A stretch of DNA of 63,982 nucleotides, filler included, from Octopus bimaculoides (lineage: Eukaryota): NCBI RefSeq assembly GCF_001194135.2. It is 6 parts of 6 records of this genome, joined end to end, with 100 filler letters (N's around TTAATTAATTAA, not from the genome) between each part and the next. Parts side by side here need not be neighbours in the genome. Positions count along the whole stretch, not along the records: positions 59,670 to 63,982 come from NC_068985.1; 5 more parts are not named here. One strand, given 5' to 3'. The position numbers and the translations under genes were made by a program. Each line of letters starts with the position of its first letter. Position 1 is the first letter of the stretch. Shown one piece after another: positions 62,016 to 63,982 of the stretch. The notes under the pieces are model-generated. The model ran no database searches, was not told the origin of the DNA, and saw only the letters and a list, made by a program, of their open reading frames with translations.

Positions 62016-62422
62016 CGTTTAATTCTCCCAATTGTCGACAACGTGCTTGCAGTTGAATTGAAGGCACCAGTTAAGGCGTTGCATTTACGACCACAAGATC
62101 TTGGTTTCGATTCCAGACCGCGGTGTATTGTGTCCATGAAAACAAAAATGTAATTCCACTGTTGTTCCAGTCAACTCGGCTATCAATGGGGTCTGGTGAT
62201 TGCTGAAAGGCTAATCCAGCGATGGACTGGTCCCATTCAGGGAAGAGTATTCTAATTCTGTCCACTTATGCGCCCTGAAAACCCGGTTAAGTTTTTGCTC
62301 TTTATGGGCCCTACCCGCTAAGATCAACTTCGCTTTTAATCGTTTCGGTATCAAAATAAATACTATTCAAGTACTGGGGTCGCACTTCCCTCAGAATTCC
62401 AGACCTATATTTGAAAGGCTCG

Positions 62423-63240
62423 TGGTAAGTAGCTTGCTTATCAACCACATGGTTCCAGGTTCATTCCCACTGCGTGGCACTTGGGCAAGTGTCTTCTACT
62501 ATAGCCTCGAGCCGACCAAAGCCTTGTGAGTGGATTTTGTGGACGGAAACTGAAAGAAGCCCGTCGTATATATGTATGTATATGTATGTGTGTGTATTTG
62601 TTTGCCCCCCCCCCCTCCAACATCGCTTGACAACCAATGTTGGTGTGTTTACGTTCCCGTAACCTAGCGGTTCGGTAAAAGAGACCGATAGAATAAGTAC
62701 TAGGCTTACAAAGAATAAGTCCTAGGGTCGATTTGCTCGACTGAAGGTGGTGCTCCAGCATGGCCGCAGTGAAATGACTGAAACAAGTAAAAGAGTAAAA
62801 GAGTAAAAGTGTCGTATTTGCACAGTAAGAAATTTGCTTCCTAACCACGTAGTTCCGGGTTCAGTCTCACTGCATGGCACCTTGGGCAAGCGTCTTCTGT
62901 CTATAGCGCCGAGCCAACCAAAGCTTTGTGAGTGGATTTGGTTGACGGAAACTGAAAGAAGCCTGTCATACGCATGTATGTATATATGCATGTATGTATG
63001 CATGCGTGTGTGTGTATGTGTGCGTGTATCTTTGTGTTTGTGTTTGTTCCCTTACAGAGTTTGACAGCCGATGCTGGTCTGTTTATGTCCGCTTAACTTA
63101 ACAGTTCGGCAAAAGATGCCGATAGAATAAGTACCAGGTTATACAAAAAATATGTACTGGGGTCGATTCGTTCGACTAAAATTCTTCAAGGCGGTGCCCC
63201 AGCATGGCCGCAGTCTAACGAATGGAACAACTAAAAAGCA
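62423..63240 (+). mobile_element. Two head-to-tail SINE family C copies
   Basis: Heads at about 62423 and 62822, each with body and tail. Confidence 0.85.
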
Positions 63241-63564
63241 AGATTACTATTATTGTTGTTGTTGTCATCACAGTTGTCATATTTTCTGTTTTGTTATCGT
63301 TGCTGTTGTTGTTGTTTTTCTTATTGTTGTTGTTGTTGGTGGTGCTGTAGTATTCGTGGTCGTTGTATTCATTATCGTTACGGCTTTGTTGCCGTTTACT
63401 CTCAATACCGGTCGGGCTTGTTACGGCTTTCAATTGTTTTTAGACATTCCTTCACCGACATTTTGTTTTTTCGCTGCTAACTTCGCATCCAACTCCAATA
63501 ACACATTTTCATATAGATTCATTCCTATACACTTCTCCCCGCCTCTCCCTCTTCTACTCACTCA

Positions 63565-63574
63565 AACACACACA

Positions 63575-63627
<53 letters not shown>

Positions 63628-63790
63628 TCTTTTTATTCACATATACTTACACACATGCACGCAAGTACACACACACACAATCTCTTTCTCTCTACTCACA
63701 TATACTTACACAAATGCACACAAGTACACACATACACGCACACACACAATCTCTTTCTTTCTATTCACATATACTTACACACATGCACAC

Positions 63791-63836
<46 letters not shown>

Positions 63837-63876
63837 GTACATACACACACACAAGTACATACACACACACACAAGT

Positions 63877-63905
<29 letters not shown>
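63565..63905. repeat. (CA)n-rich degenerate tandem repeat
   Basis: Direct reading; recurring ctcacatatacttacaca units. Confidence 0.85.
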
Positions 63906-63907
<2 letters not shown>

Positions 63908-63982
63908 CTATTATTACTCTTTCGCTGTACTTTTACCTCTTGTTCCCCACCGCCGCCATCACTATTTCTCTCACACTTTCCC

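Noticed and set aside
674-63480. Most ORFs in the six-frame track (poly-X, YIYI, CVCV, LSLS, IIII and SINE-derived peptides)
   Set aside because: They run through N-gaps, microsatellites or SINE copies and have no coding signature.

Overview
Eukaryotic, AT-rich, repeat-dense genomic scaffold, most likely from an octopus. This is inferred from the [11 protein letters not shown]-type zinc fingers and the SINE families; no database check was run. It has many N-gaps and five artificial N-TTAATTAATTAA-N joins. The only convincing protein-coding genes are three C2H2 zinc-finger genes with uninterrupted coding ORFs (10, 8 and 14 fingers; orientation -, +, -) at about 35, 42 and 49 kb. They share a homologous splice acceptor, 5' leader and M(M)E(S/N)ELC N-terminus. 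The rest is four abundant SINE-like families, Penelope-like element remnants (two with hammerhead-ribozyme motifs), solo LTRs, Tc1/mariner, hAT and piggyBac-like non-autonomous elements, RTE LINE remnants and microsatellites. Nearly all other ORFs in the track are microsatellite, gap, SINE or antisense shadows. The best leads are: (i) a predicted spliced micro-uORF ending at the same stop codon in two ZNF leaders; (ii) a fully paired minimal hammerhead and a core-variant hammerhead family; (iii) a SINE with a 121-bp tandem expansion inserted in one ZNF 5' leader; (iv) a four-finger internal duplication diverging at base-contacting residues; (v) long foldback structures that are candidate ADAR substrates.
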